DNA of 61,625 bases from Armatimonas sp. (GTDB lineage: Bacteria; Armatimonadota; Armatimonadia; Armatimonadales; Armatimonadaceae): NCBI RefSeq assembly GCF_043757465.1, contig NZ_JAYVPL010000091.1:1-61625 (forward strand). The letters run 5' to 3'. Positions 41,291-49,886 of this stretch are shown here, one piece after another. The number at the start of each line of letters is the position of its first letter. Position 1 is the first letter of the stretch. The notes beneath the pieces are model-generated. The model worked only from the letters and a program-made list of their open reading frames with translations, ran no database searches and was not told the origin of the DNA. Both the position numbers and the translations under genes were made by a program.

Positions 41291-41372
41291 GCCCCCCATC
41301 CCCCGCCCGGCGGGGGGGGATACAAGGTAAAGCTCGTATTCCTTATTGTCCCCCCGCTTGGCGGGGGTTAGG
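41291..41372. repeat. Two similar C-run/G-run GC hairpins in the murQ-upstream intergenic region
   Basis: cccccgcc-c-ggcggggg at about 41299-41318 and cccccgc-ttg-gcggggg at about 41350-41367. Neither has a U-tract. Confidence 0.3.
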
Positions 41373-41387
41373 GGGTAAAAAGCGCTT

Positions 41388-42350
41388 CTATCCTCGCACA
41401 ACCTTGAGTGCGTTGCTGCCTTTCTCGTTGCCGGTCTTGGTGACGACATAGACTTTGACAAGAACGCCCTCGCCGCTTTCGATAAGCTCCAGGCTGCCGT
41501 GCCAGGTGAGGGTATCGGCACTGATCATGGCGACCACGGCCTCATTGCGAGTGTTGTAGCTAGGCAGAGGTGCGACACGGACACTGTAGTGATCGAGCTG
41601 GTCGTTGGCAGAGGCGGTCCAGGCAAGCTGGGCGCAGGTGTGGTCGGTGCTCCACTGCCCGCTTAACACCACGGCCTCGGGGGTGCTGCCCCCTGTGGGA
41701 TAAAGGCTGGGCACGGTGGTGAGCAAGGGGTGCGCGGCCTCGAAGTGAGCAACCACGGCGTTTTTATACTGGCGCAAACGGGTGACAAGCTCGGTGCGGA
41801 GGGTGTCACGGGTGCGCCGGTCTACGGCAAGCCCCTGCTCTTGAAGGCTAATCTGCTTATACACATCTTGCAGGGCAACTAATTCCTGCTGAAAGTTTGG
41901 CAGGGTGTAGCCCCCAGCGAGCTTCAAGCCCCCGCTGATCGCCTCGTCCCCAACCGCCACGTTAATTTTTTGCCAGAGGGTGTCCATCTCGGTGAAAGGC
42001 TTGAGTGTCCCGGCCATGTCTGCGGTCGCCAGCGGAAGCGTGGGGAGTGTCTTTGCAAACGGTGTTCCGTCGAGCGCACTCTTCACCGCCCCTCGAAACT
42101 GCGTCAGCCTTGGACGGAGCTTCGTCTTAAGCTGATCGCGCCTACGTGCCAGCGTCGCCAGGATCAGCACCGCCGCATCTACTTTTTGAACGAGCGTCGT
42201 TATATTAATCTGATCCGCAACAAGATTGCTGAGGCTGTAGCCCCCTTTAAGCTCTAGCGCGTCTGGAGCAAGGCTAACATTAACCCGCTCCCAGTGACTC
42301 GCCACATTTCCCAATGTCACCTGAAACCCACTGATGGTTGTAATCGGCAT
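41388..42350 (-). CDS. Hypothetical protein with an internal tandem duplication and a C-terminal beta-sandwich-like region; downstream partner of the STAND NTPase
   Basis: 320 aa. Two about 100 aa segments share the pattern L.LKGGYSL.N....I......V........L..RR..L...L...L.Q (residues ~20-125 and ~130-235). C-terminus ...HYSVRVAPLP...LVKVYVVTKTG is FN3-like. Lies 72 bp downstream of the NB-ARC gene on the same strand. Confidence 0.5.
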   Translation of the reverse strand: MPITTISGFQVTLGNVASHWERVNVSLAPDALELKGGYSLSNLVADQINITTLVQKVDAAVLILATLARRRDQLKTKLRPRLTQFRGAVKSALDGTPFAKTLPTLPLATADMAGTLKPFTEMDTLWQKINVAVGDEAISGGLKLAGGYTLPNFQQELVALQDVYKQISLQEQGLAVDRRTRDTLRTELVTRLRQYKNAVVAHFEAAHPLLTTVPSLYPTGGSTPEAVVLSGQWSTDHTCAQLAWTASANDQLDHYSVRVAPLPSYNTRNEAVVAMISADTLTWHGSLELIESGEGVLVKVYVVTKTGNEKGSNALKVVRG

Positions 42351-42422
42351 CTAAATTCTTTCCTCAATAGCATTGATGCTAGTCGTTATTGTACCACTCT
42401 GAAACAAAAACAGCACGGCAAT

Positions 42423-45400
42423 TTAACTTGGCGTATCTACGAAATCCAGCAAAGGTAATCTGTCAATCCACATATTTAATTCTTGCAAAACTATCAACAA
42501 CGATTGTAACGTCTCTTGTGTAATGGGATGATGTCTCCCCAGCATGTTATTAAATATTTTAAATGCTTTTTTTAGTAGTGGCACGGCGTCTGCTTTTTTC
42601 CCCATGTAATAATACATTACCGCCAAATTGTTGAGGCTTTGTGCAGTATCGGGATGATTGGCACCAAGCGACACTTCATAGATCAAAAGAGCGCGTTCAA
42701 ACAGAGGAAGCGCGGCGGCATAGTCACCCTGAGATTTGTACAGTTCCGCCAAGTTGTTGAGGCTAGTAGCAGTAAAGGGATGATTGGCACCAAGTGACAT
42801 TTCGCGAATCGAAAGAGCGCGTTCATATAGAAGAAGCGCAGCGGCATAGTTACCCTGAGATTCATACAGTCCTGCTAAGTTGCTGAGGCTTCTAGCGGTA
42901 TCGGGATGATTGGCACCAAGCGACATTTCACTGATCAAAAGAGCGCGTTCAAACAGAGGAAGCACGGCAGCATAGTTGCCCTGAGATTTATATAGCATTG
43001 CCAAATTATTAAGGCTAGTAGCGGTATTGGGATGATTGGCACCAAGAGACATTTCGCGAATCGAAAGAGCGCGTTCAAACAGAGGAAGTGCGGCAGCATA
43101 GTTACCCTGAGATTTATATAGCATTGCCAAATTATTAAGGCTAGTAGCGGTATTGGGATGATTGGCACCAAGAGACATTTCGCGAATCGAAAGAGCACGT
43201 TCAGACAGAGGAAGCGCGGCAGCATAGTTACCCTGAGATTCATACAGTTCTGCTAAGTTGCTGAGGCTTCTAGCGGTATCAGGATGATTGGCACCAAGCG
43301 ACGTTTCATAGATCAAAAGAGCGCGTTTGTACAAAGGAAGCGCGGCAGCATAGTCACCCTGAGATTTGTACAATCCTGCCAAGTTGCTAAGGCTAGTAGC
43401 AGTAGAGGGATGATTGGCACCAAGCGACATTTCACTGATCAAAAGAGCGCGTTCAAACAGAGGAAGCGCGGCAGCATAGTTGCCCTGAGATTTATATAGC
43501 ATTGCCAAATTATTAAGGCTAGTAGCAGTAGAGGGATGATTGGCACCAAGTGACATTTCGCGAATCGAAAGAGCGCGTTCATACAGAGGAAGCGCGACGA
43601 CATAGTTGCCCTGAGATTCATGCAGTCCTGCTAAGTTGTTGAGGCTAGTAGCAGTAGAGGGATGATTGGCACCAAGTGACATTTCGCGAATCGAAAGAGC
43701 GCGTTCAAACAGAGGAAGCGCGGCAGCATAGTCACCCTGAGATTCATGCAGTCCTGCTAAGTTGCTGAGGCTTCCAGCGGTATCAGGATGATCGGCACCA
43801 AGCGACGTTTCACAGATCAAAAGAGCACGTTCAGACAGAGGAAGCGCGGCGGCATAGTTGCCCTGAGATTCATGCAGTCCTGCTAAGTTGTTGAGGCTAG
43901 TAGCAGTATCAGGATGATCGGCACCAAGAGACATTTCACTGATCAAAAGAGCGCGTTCAAACAGAGGAAGTGCGGCAGCATAGTTACCCTGAGATTTATA
44001 TAGCATTGCCAAATTATTAAGGCTAGTAGCGGTATCAGGATGATTGGCGCCAAGCGACATTTCACTGATCAAAAGAGCGCGTTCAAACAGAGGAAGCGCG
44101 GCAGCATAGTCACCCTGAGATTTATGCAGTCCTGCTAAGTTGTTGAGGCTAGTAGCGGTATTGGGATGATCGGCACCAAGCGACATTTCACTGATCAAAA
44201 GAGCGCGTTCAAACAGAGGAAGCGCGGCGGCATAGTTGCCCTGAGATTCATACAACATTGCCAAGTTGTTGAGGCTAGTAGCGGTATTGGGATGATTGGC
44301 ACCAAGAGACATTTCACAGATTGAAAGAGCGCGTTCAAACAGAGGAAGCGCGGCAGCATAGTTGCCCTGAATGCGATACAGTGCACCCAGATTATTGAGA
44401 CTTTCAGCGGTATCAGGATGATTGGCGCCAGGCGACGTTTCGCGAATCGAAAGAGCACGTTTGTACAAAGGAAGCACGGTGGCATAATCAGCTTGGCGTT
44501 CTTTATGAAACCCTAGCTGGTTACAGAGCAACCCTGCGTGCTCTGTTTCAATGCCATGTCGAAAGATAATATCGGTAATTTTTTGTGAATGGCTTGCCAG
44601 ATGGCTGTAGTGATCCCAGCGAGTATTCCAATCGGTGGGGTGAGATTGCGAAACGGCGGTGATTGCAAGTTGCTGGTACTGGCTGTGTTCTTCCTCTGTC
44701 AAGCCATCAAGAATAACATCTTGTACCAACCGGTGCAGAGAGAAAAGCTGAGTGCCATAGACATAGCTCTCGTCGGTGCGGACACTCATAAGGGAAAACT
44801 TGAGGAGTCTTTGGATAGTTACATCGTAGACCAAAGCGTCAGCGGCGCACTTCTGGAGTGGCTCGGAGAGATGCGAACCAGCTTGTTTAAGAATGACATC
44901 GGGGATGTCGTCGGGGGCGAGAAACGCACACACACGAAGGAATTCGATGGCGGCTTCTCGGGCGACGGCGGCGGTTTCTTCATCCTCGCTGTCTTCCGGC
45001 CAGACTTCCCCAATACGCTGAACAGCGACCTCAAAGGTCGTCGCTACCGACTCATGCGAGATACCGGCCTGCGCTCCCCGGCGCTTGCGGAGCCTTGCCC
45101 CGCTCTGTGCATAGAGTGCCTGGTAGCTTGCCACTGTGCTAACGGAAGCTGCGATATAGGCACCGGCCTGATCCAGCGCAAGGGGCAAGCCGTCTACCGT
45201 GTGAGAGAATTTCTTTGCCGCTTTCCGCTCGGGAGATCCTTGGGGGTCGTGTCCGGCGCGAGTAAGGAGCAAGTCCGCCCCGGCATCATCGTTTAGCTCT
45301 TGCAGAGACACCCCGGCATCTTTAGGGACGATCTGATGGATTCGGGTGGTGATTAGCACCTGCCCCCCTCCCCCGGTGGGAAGATACGGCGCAATCGTTT

Positions 45401-46703
45401 GCAGGTCTTCGACGTTATCCAGAACCAGGAGGTAGTCGTCGTGGGTAGAAAGCTCCTGGCGCACGGCTTCACGTACCACGGAAATATCGGGAGTCTCGGC
45501 CTGCGGGAGCCGCAAGACGTAGGCGACACTCCGGTACTCTTCGTCTAGCGTGGCGGCACTCTCCGCACGCACCCAAAGAATTCCCAGGGGATACGACGCG
45601 GCGCTTGCATGGGCATACTCTAGCGCCGTCTGGGTTTTCCCCATCCCTCCCAGGCCAAAGAGATATGTTTTTTGGTGGCGCTCAAAGGCCTGGGAGAGCG
45701 CGGCAAGCTCCGCACGTCGCCCCACAAAGCCTTGGTTTCTTTCGTCAATCCGCCACGCCCGCTCTTTACCTGCCCAGAGCCGGGGATCAATACGCACTGC
45801 TTTTGCCACTTCCTTGGGCAAAGCATCTAGTCGTGTATCAAGATGTGCCTTCAGCCCGGCAACATCCACCCCGATTTTCTGAAGAATCTCTTGATGCCGT
45901 TGCAGTAAATCCACATCCAGCTTCCGGGCAAAGTCTTCTCCCCACGCAATGCAGCGCTTCTCAAATGCCTCAAAAGTGACTGTATTTGTCGCCTTTTGCT
46001 CCCGTGCAAAGGCCACCAGCTCCCCCAGCATTAAGAGTGTCAGCCCCGCGTGCCCTTTCCCATCCCCGGCAGCGTCGTGCTTGATAACTTCACGGAGTGC
46101 CTTTGGGAAAATCTCAGGTAGTAGCGCCGCCAGCCGCCAATAAATGGCCTCACCCGTGGTGGCTGTCACCATTCCCTCGGGCGCTTTCTCCCACCCCAGA
46201 TTTTTCAGTAGCGCGAACCAGTCGTCCGTGTGCAGTATCCGAACGTGCCCAACCGCCTCGGGAGTGACCGCGAACACACCCGGGAGCGACGCTTCCCGTA
46301 GAGCATCCGGGATTGCCCGCTCACTTTTGACTTGCTCTTCCCAGCGCGGCCCGATTCCCCGCGCCCAGGCAAGCACCGGCTCCTTTTCGGCCCGATGCAG
46401 CGGCGGCTCAAGCTGCTCGACAGCCGCCAGGAGAGAAATTGAGAGTGCCTGCCCCACCAGCTCCGTCAGATCGTGGTTTCGGAGCAGTTCCTCATGCCCC
46501 GTGAGCCGCTGTACCAGATTCTCGGAGACATCCCCACCAAACACCTCCCCGCTCAGGCTTTTTAGAAGATCGATCAGTGTTGCGCCTGCAACGGCCACTG
46601 CTGCCTTTCCCGGTTCCACGGCTCCCATTAGGGTCGCGGCAACTAGAAGCGTTCCGAACGTCAGCATTCGGACAGTCGTGTTTTGAAGAGTAGGTCGAGC
46701 CAT
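42423..46703 (-). CDS. STAND NTPase: unknown N-terminal domain + NB-ARC + TPR array (bacterial NLR-like protein)
   Basis: 1426 aa. NB-ARC P-loop (GLGGMGKTQTALEYAH), hhhhD Walker B (YLLVLDNVED) and GxP-like region. C-terminus has about 15 x 42-aa TPR_10/12-type repeats (ALSIREMSLGANHPNTATSLNNLAMLYKSQGNYAAALPLFER). The N-terminal ~330 aa has no recognisable motif and begins with a hydrophobic stretch (MLTFGTLLVAATLMGAV). An internal Met at 46667 is an alternative start. Confidence 0.85.
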   Translation of the reverse strand: MARPTLQNTTVRMLTFGTLLVAATLMGAVEPGKAAVAVAGATLIDLLKSLSGEVFGGDVSENLVQRLTGHEELLRNHDLTELVGQALSISLLAAVEQLEPPLHRAEKEPVLAWARGIGPRWEEQVKSERAIPDALREASLPGVFAVTPEAVGHVRILHTDDWFALLKNLGWEKAPEGMVTATTGEAIYWRLAALLPEIFPKALREVIKHDAAGDGKGHAGLTLLMLGELVAFAREQKATNTVTFEAFEKRCIAWGEDFARKLDVDLLQRHQEILQKIGVDVAGLKAHLDTRLDALPKEVAKAVRIDPRLWAGKERAWRIDERNQGFVGRRAELAALSQAFERHQKTYLFGLGGMGKTQTALEYAHASAASYPLGILWVRAESAATLDEEYRSVAYVLRLPQAETPDISVVREAVRQELSTHDDYLLVLDNVEDLQTIAPYLPTGGGGQVLITTRIHQIVPKDAGVSLQELNDDAGADLLLTRAGHDPQGSPERKAAKKFSHTVDGLPLALDQAGAYIAASVSTVASYQALYAQSGARLRKRRGAQAGISHESVATTFEVAVQRIGEVWPEDSEDEETAAVAREAAIEFLRVCAFLAPDDIPDVILKQAGSHLSEPLQKCAADALVYDVTIQRLLKFSLMSVRTDESYVYGTQLFSLHRLVQDVILDGLTEEEHSQYQQLAITAVSQSHPTDWNTRWDHYSHLASHSQKITDIIFRHGIETEHAGLLCNQLGFHKERQADYATVLPLYKRALSIRETSPGANHPDTAESLNNLGALYRIQGNYAAALPLFERALSICEMSLGANHPNTATSLNNLAMLYESQGNYAAALPLFERALLISEMSLGADHPNTATSLNNLAGLHKSQGDYAAALPLFERALLISEMSLGANHPDTATSLNNLAMLYKSQGNYAAALPLFERALLISEMSLGADHPDTATSLNNLAGLHESQGNYAAALPLSERALLICETSLGADHPDTAGSLSNLAGLHESQGDYAAALPLFERALSIREMSLGANHPSTATSLNNLAGLHESQGNYVVALPLYERALSIREMSLGANHPSTATSLNNLAMLYKSQGNYAAALPLFERALLISEMSLGANHPSTATSLSNLAGLYKSQGDYAAALPLYKRALLIYETSLGANHPDTARSLSNLAELYESQGNYAAALPLSERALSIREMSLGANHPNTATSLNNLAMLYKSQGNYAAALPLFERALSIREMSLGANHPNTATSLNNLAMLYKSQGNYAAVLPLFERALLISEMSLGANHPDTARSLSNLAGLYESQGNYAAALLLYERALSIREMSLGANHPFTATSLNNLAELYKSQGDYAAALPLFERALLIYEVSLGANHPDTAQSLNNLAVMYYYMGKKADAVPLLKKAFKIFNNMLGRHHPITQETLQSLLIVLQELNMWIDRLPLLDFVDTPS
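42567..44456 (-). repeat. About 15 tandem, near-identical 126-bp in-frame repeats encoding the TPR units
   Basis: Recurrent near-identical blocks such as gcgcgttcaaacagaggaagcgcggcagcatagt...ccctgagatt...attggcaccaag..gacatttc. Units differ at only a handful of codons. Coordinates derived from the protein repeat register. Confidence 0.85.
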
Positions 46704-46733
46704 GCTCTATTTTACCTTTTTAAGTGCGCTATA

Positions 46734-47102
46734 ATGAAGGACGATATGCCAACCTACGGTTACCGCTGCACCGTGTGCAGCCATGAGTTCGAGCGCGTTC
46801 AAAAGATGAGCGACCCGCGCATCACCGAGTGCGAAGAGTGCGACGGCCTGGTGAAGAAGATCATCTACCCCGTTGGAATCTCTTTCAAGGGCGACGGCTT
46901 CTACATCAACGACTCGAAAAAAGAGACGTCCAAGGCCAAGCCTGCGGAGACCAAGCCTGCCGAAGCCGAGAGCAAGTCCACGGAAGCCAAAACCGAGACT
47001 GCCTCTACGGAGACGAAAACCGAGACCAAGTCCGACACTCCCAAAACGGAAACGGCCTCGGCTTCAACAACGAAGACCGAGACCAAACCCGCCGCGCCGT
47101 AG
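46734..47102 (+). CDS. FmdB-family zinc-ribbon protein with a low-complexity ETK/TET-rich tail
   Basis: MPTYGYRCTVCSHEFERVQKMSDPRITECEECDGLVKKIIYPVGISFKGDGFY matches FmdB/CxxC_CxxC_SSSS zinc-ribbon proteins. The C-terminal 70 aa are Lys/Glu/Thr-rich and likely disordered. Start ATG at 46734 or 46746. Confidence 0.65.
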   Translation: MKDDMPTYGYRCTVCSHEFERVQKMSDPRITECEECDGLVKKIIYPVGISFKGDGFYINDSKKETSKAKPAETKPAEAESKSTEAKTETASTETKTETKSDTPKTETASASTTKTETKPAAP

Positions 47103-47124
47103 CCCGCCGATTTCAATCGGCGGA
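47103..47124. terminator. Short hairpin between the convergent FmdB and flotillin genes
   Basis: ccgccga-tttcaa-tcggcgg is a 7-bp stem with no U-tract. Weak. Confidence 0.25.
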
Positions 47125-47137
47125 CTCTATCCACGGA

Positions 47138-49060
47138 TTAACCAGCGTCTCCCGCAAGCGTTTCCTCGTTCACGGGGGCTGATGCCTCTTTTGTTGGCAT
47201 CGCCAGTGCGCCCAAGCGCCCCATCGCCGACTCCATCAAGCCGCGCACGGAGTCGGGAAGGTTGGAGGACGCGCCCTCCACGAGTGCACCGAACTGCTGG
47301 CCCTTGAGAAACGACTCGCTCATCCGCTTCACCGATTCTGGATCGCCCCAGATTGTCATGTTCGCGTTGGCGAATGCCTGGCCCATCGCCTGAGCGGCGG
47401 CGATCTTGGCGTCTCGGTCCGCCTCGATCATCGCCTTGGCGATCTCCAGCTGCACCGAGACACTGGCGTGGGCGGACTTGGCTTCCAGCTCCGCCTGCAT
47501 CACCTCGACGCGCTGTCGCTCGATGGTGACGCGCTCCCGCTCCACCGCGATGGGAACCATCTGGAGCGCCTGATCTCCTTCGGCGCTCAGCTCCTTGGCT
47601 TGCTTTTCCGCGCGGGCCTTCAGGATCATCGCTTCTGCCATCTTTGCAGCGGCCTGTTGCTCGGCGTCGGCGTTTTTCGCGATTGCGTAGGCATCGGCAT
47701 CGGACTGAGCGGCGCGCTCTAGCTTTAGCCGCTCGGCATCGGTCTCGATCTGGATGATCTCCTGACGCTTGCGGCGCTCGGCCTCCGCCACCACGCGCGT
47801 CGTCTGGACTTCCTGCGCCGCCGTCTCACGGGCATTTTCGGCGTTGAGCTTCTCCGTCTCCGCCTTGGCACGGGCCTGCTCGGCGTTGGCGATCGCCGCG
47901 CCGCGCTCTTGTTCACGAACCGTGACTTCTTTCTCACGCTCCACAGCAGCGATCTGGGAGACTTTTTCGCGCTCTTGATTGGCGAGCTCGATGGCCTTGG
48001 TCTTCTCGACCTCGGCTACCTGAATCGCCTGTGAGGAAGCGGCCTTGGCGACCTCGGACTTGCGGTGCTCGTCGGCCTCCGTGGACTCCGCAGACTGGCG
48101 TGCCTTCGACTCCGCGATCTTGCGCTCGGAGTCGGCCTGCGCGATGGCTTCGGCGGCGGAGCGTTGGGACGATGCCATGGCGATCTGTTTGTTTTTATCG
48201 GCTTCGGCCCGTGCGTTGGCTTCTTCCACCTCGCGCTCGGCGATGTACTTGGCCGCAGAGACATCCTGCTCTTTTTTCTGACGCTGCGCCGTGCGCTCGA
48301 TCTCGTTGCGACGGACGCTCTCCTCGGAGACCATCTGAGAGATCGTACGTGCTCCCTGGGCATCAAACACGTTCTGGTCGGGGCGCAGCGAGTCTAGGGG
48401 CGCCTGGTCTAAGTTGGAGATCGTCACGGACTCTAAGGTCAGGCCATTGGCAGCCAGATCGTGGGTCACCATCTCCTGAACCTTAGCGGCGAACTCATTG
48501 CGACGCGCGTTCAGGTCATTGAGAGTCTGCTGGGCCGCCACGGTGCGCAGCGCGGAGACGAGCTTCTCCTGCACAAGATCCTGGATGGCATGGGTGCCGA
48601 CAAAGGCATCCGGGAGTGTGCTCGCGGCTGTCTGGATAGATTCCACATCCTTGGCGACTCGCACAAAAAATGCGGCGCGTATATCCACCCGCAGAAAGTC
48701 CGACGTGATCAGCGCCTCGGTGCCCTTACGCTCCACTTCGAGCTTGAGAGTGCGCAGCGGGATGCGCTTGATCTGGTGGAAGACGGGGAAAACCGTCGTT
48801 CCGCCGTCAATCATCACCTTTTGCCCACCCATTCCCGTCCGAACAAAGGCCTCATCGGGGCGGGTGCGGACATAGAGCTTGGCGATTCCCGCTAAAATCG
48901 TACTGATCAGGAACACCGCCGTTCCAAAGAGTGCGGCTCCAATCCGAGCGGGCGGCTCAAAGCTCGGCACCAGCCACGGCCCGATCATCAGCGCGAGCCC
49001 GGCCAAGACGCCTACCATCAACATCAGTCCCAGCCCCGTATTTTCTTTCGTCTCTCCCAT
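47138..49060 (-). CDS. Flotillin-family SPFH/band-7 protein (YqiK-like)
   Basis: 640 aa. N-terminal TM segments, SPFH domain, then a long Ala/Glu/Lys/Arg-rich coiled-coil (EAERRKRQEIIQIETDAERLKLERAAQ...). Confidence 0.8.
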   Translation of the reverse strand: MGETKENTGLGLMLMVGVLAGLALMIGPWLVPSFEPPARIGAALFGTAVFLISTILAGIAKLYVRTRPDEAFVRTGMGGQKVMIDGGTTVFPVFHQIKRIPLRTLKLEVERKGTEALITSDFLRVDIRAAFFVRVAKDVESIQTAASTLPDAFVGTHAIQDLVQEKLVSALRTVAAQQTLNDLNARRNEFAAKVQEMVTHDLAANGLTLESVTISNLDQAPLDSLRPDQNVFDAQGARTISQMVSEESVRRNEIERTAQRQKKEQDVSAAKYIAEREVEEANARAEADKNKQIAMASSQRSAAEAIAQADSERKIAESKARQSAESTEADEHRKSEVAKAASSQAIQVAEVEKTKAIELANQEREKVSQIAAVEREKEVTVREQERGAAIANAEQARAKAETEKLNAENARETAAQEVQTTRVVAEAERRKRQEIIQIETDAERLKLERAAQSDADAYAIAKNADAEQQAAAKMAEAMILKARAEKQAKELSAEGDQALQMVPIAVERERVTIERQRVEVMQAELEAKSAHASVSVQLEIAKAMIEADRDAKIAAAQAMGQAFANANMTIWGDPESVKRMSESFLKGQQFGALVEGASSNLPDSVRGLMESAMGRLGALAMPTKEASAPVNEETLAGDAG

Positions 49061-49061
49061 A

Positions 49062-49730
49062 TCAATCCTCCTTTATTCGAACCAGGTCATCCCACTTTTG
49101 CACCGTGAACACCTGTCGCTCACGGTCATAGTCAATAACGATTACTTTTGTGTCCATCGGGATCGCGGCTCCCCCCAGCACCGTGCGACAGTCGAGCTGT
49201 CTCAGCGTGCCCAGAGAGTCGTAGAGGCGCACGGTGCCACTGCTCTCCGTAATGGGATAGATTGCAGTGCCCTCACGTCCAATCAGCTCGTGTCGCTTCA
49301 CGGAGAAACTCTGGCTCGTGGGCAGGAAGCGCCCCACCAGCCGCGCCGTTCCCGATGTCGCGAGGAGGCTGCCGACCAAGGCCAGCCCTATAGTGAATCC
49401 GATGCTGTGCACTCCGAGAGTCAGGTTTCCCAGGCTCCCGATCACGGCCCAATAGACCAGCAGGCAGATTAAAATTACCGAGAGCGGTGCCTGCCCCACG
49501 CCGATCAGCGCGAGCGGCGAGACATGTCCTTCAGACTCTGACTCTGCTTCTTGATCGCTATCGTGGTTGGTGCCATCGTGGCCGACATGGCCCTCCAGAT
49601 CATGGTCGTGACCTCCTTCACTCTCCCCGTGATCTCCTCCCACACTCACTGCGGTTGCAAGAGCAAGGAGTACTGCCAGTGCAAGCGGCACTAAAAACAC
49701 CACCCACTGCCATTTCAATAAATCTGTCAT
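49062..49730 (-). CDS. NfeD-family membrane protein (YqiJ-like flotillin partner) with a His/Asp/Glu-rich loop
   Basis: 222 aa with TM segments and a C-terminal OB-fold-like soluble domain. Immediately upstream of the flotillin gene (1-bp gap). Acidic His-rich insert GGDHGESEGGHDHDLEGHVGHDGTNHDSDQEAESESEGH. Confidence 0.7.
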   Translation of the reverse strand: MTDLLKWQWVVFLVPLALAVLLALATAVSVGGDHGESEGGHDHDLEGHVGHDGTNHDSDQEAESESEGHVSPLALIGVGQAPLSVILICLLVYWAVIGSLGNLTLGVHSIGFTIGLALVGSLLATSGTARLVGRFLPTSQSFSVKRHELIGREGTAIYPITESSGTVRLYDSLGTLRQLDCRTVLGGAAIPMDTKVIVIDYDRERQVFTVQKWDDLVRIKED

Positions 49731-49754
49731 GTTCTGCGGCCCTCCTTCAGGGAT

Positions 49755-49820
49755 ATTAGTACCATTAGTACCGATATTGTTGCGTTCGGTCTCTCACTTT
49801 GTTGCGTCCGGCCTCTCACT
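49755..49820. promoter_or_regulatory. Direct repeats in the promoter region of the nfeD-flotillin operon
   Basis: attagtacc/attagtacc tandem (49755-49772). Two 21-bp imperfect direct repeats, tgttgcgttcggtctctcact and tgttgcgtccggcctctcact (49778-49820), lie 25-90 bp upstream of the nfeD start. Confidence 0.35.
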
Positions 49821-49886
49821 ATTGAATAGCAAAACAGGTACAAATGGTTGGAAGTTTTTTTTAGGAGTTGAAACGGAGAGGTACTG

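Noticed and set aside
41291-41372. GC hairpins as classical rho-independent terminators
   Set aside because: No U-tract follows on either strand. Retained only as unexplained structured repeats.
42567-44456. Possible CRISPR array suggested by regular ~126-bp repeats
   Set aside because: The repeats are in-frame codons of TPR units inside a long ORF. They are contiguous with no unique spacers and no cas genes.
46873-47307. 144 aa plus-strand ORF (Arg/Pro-rich)
   Set aside because: Alternate frame of the FmdB tail running into the antisense of the flotillin gene. Low-complexity translation of GC-rich DNA.
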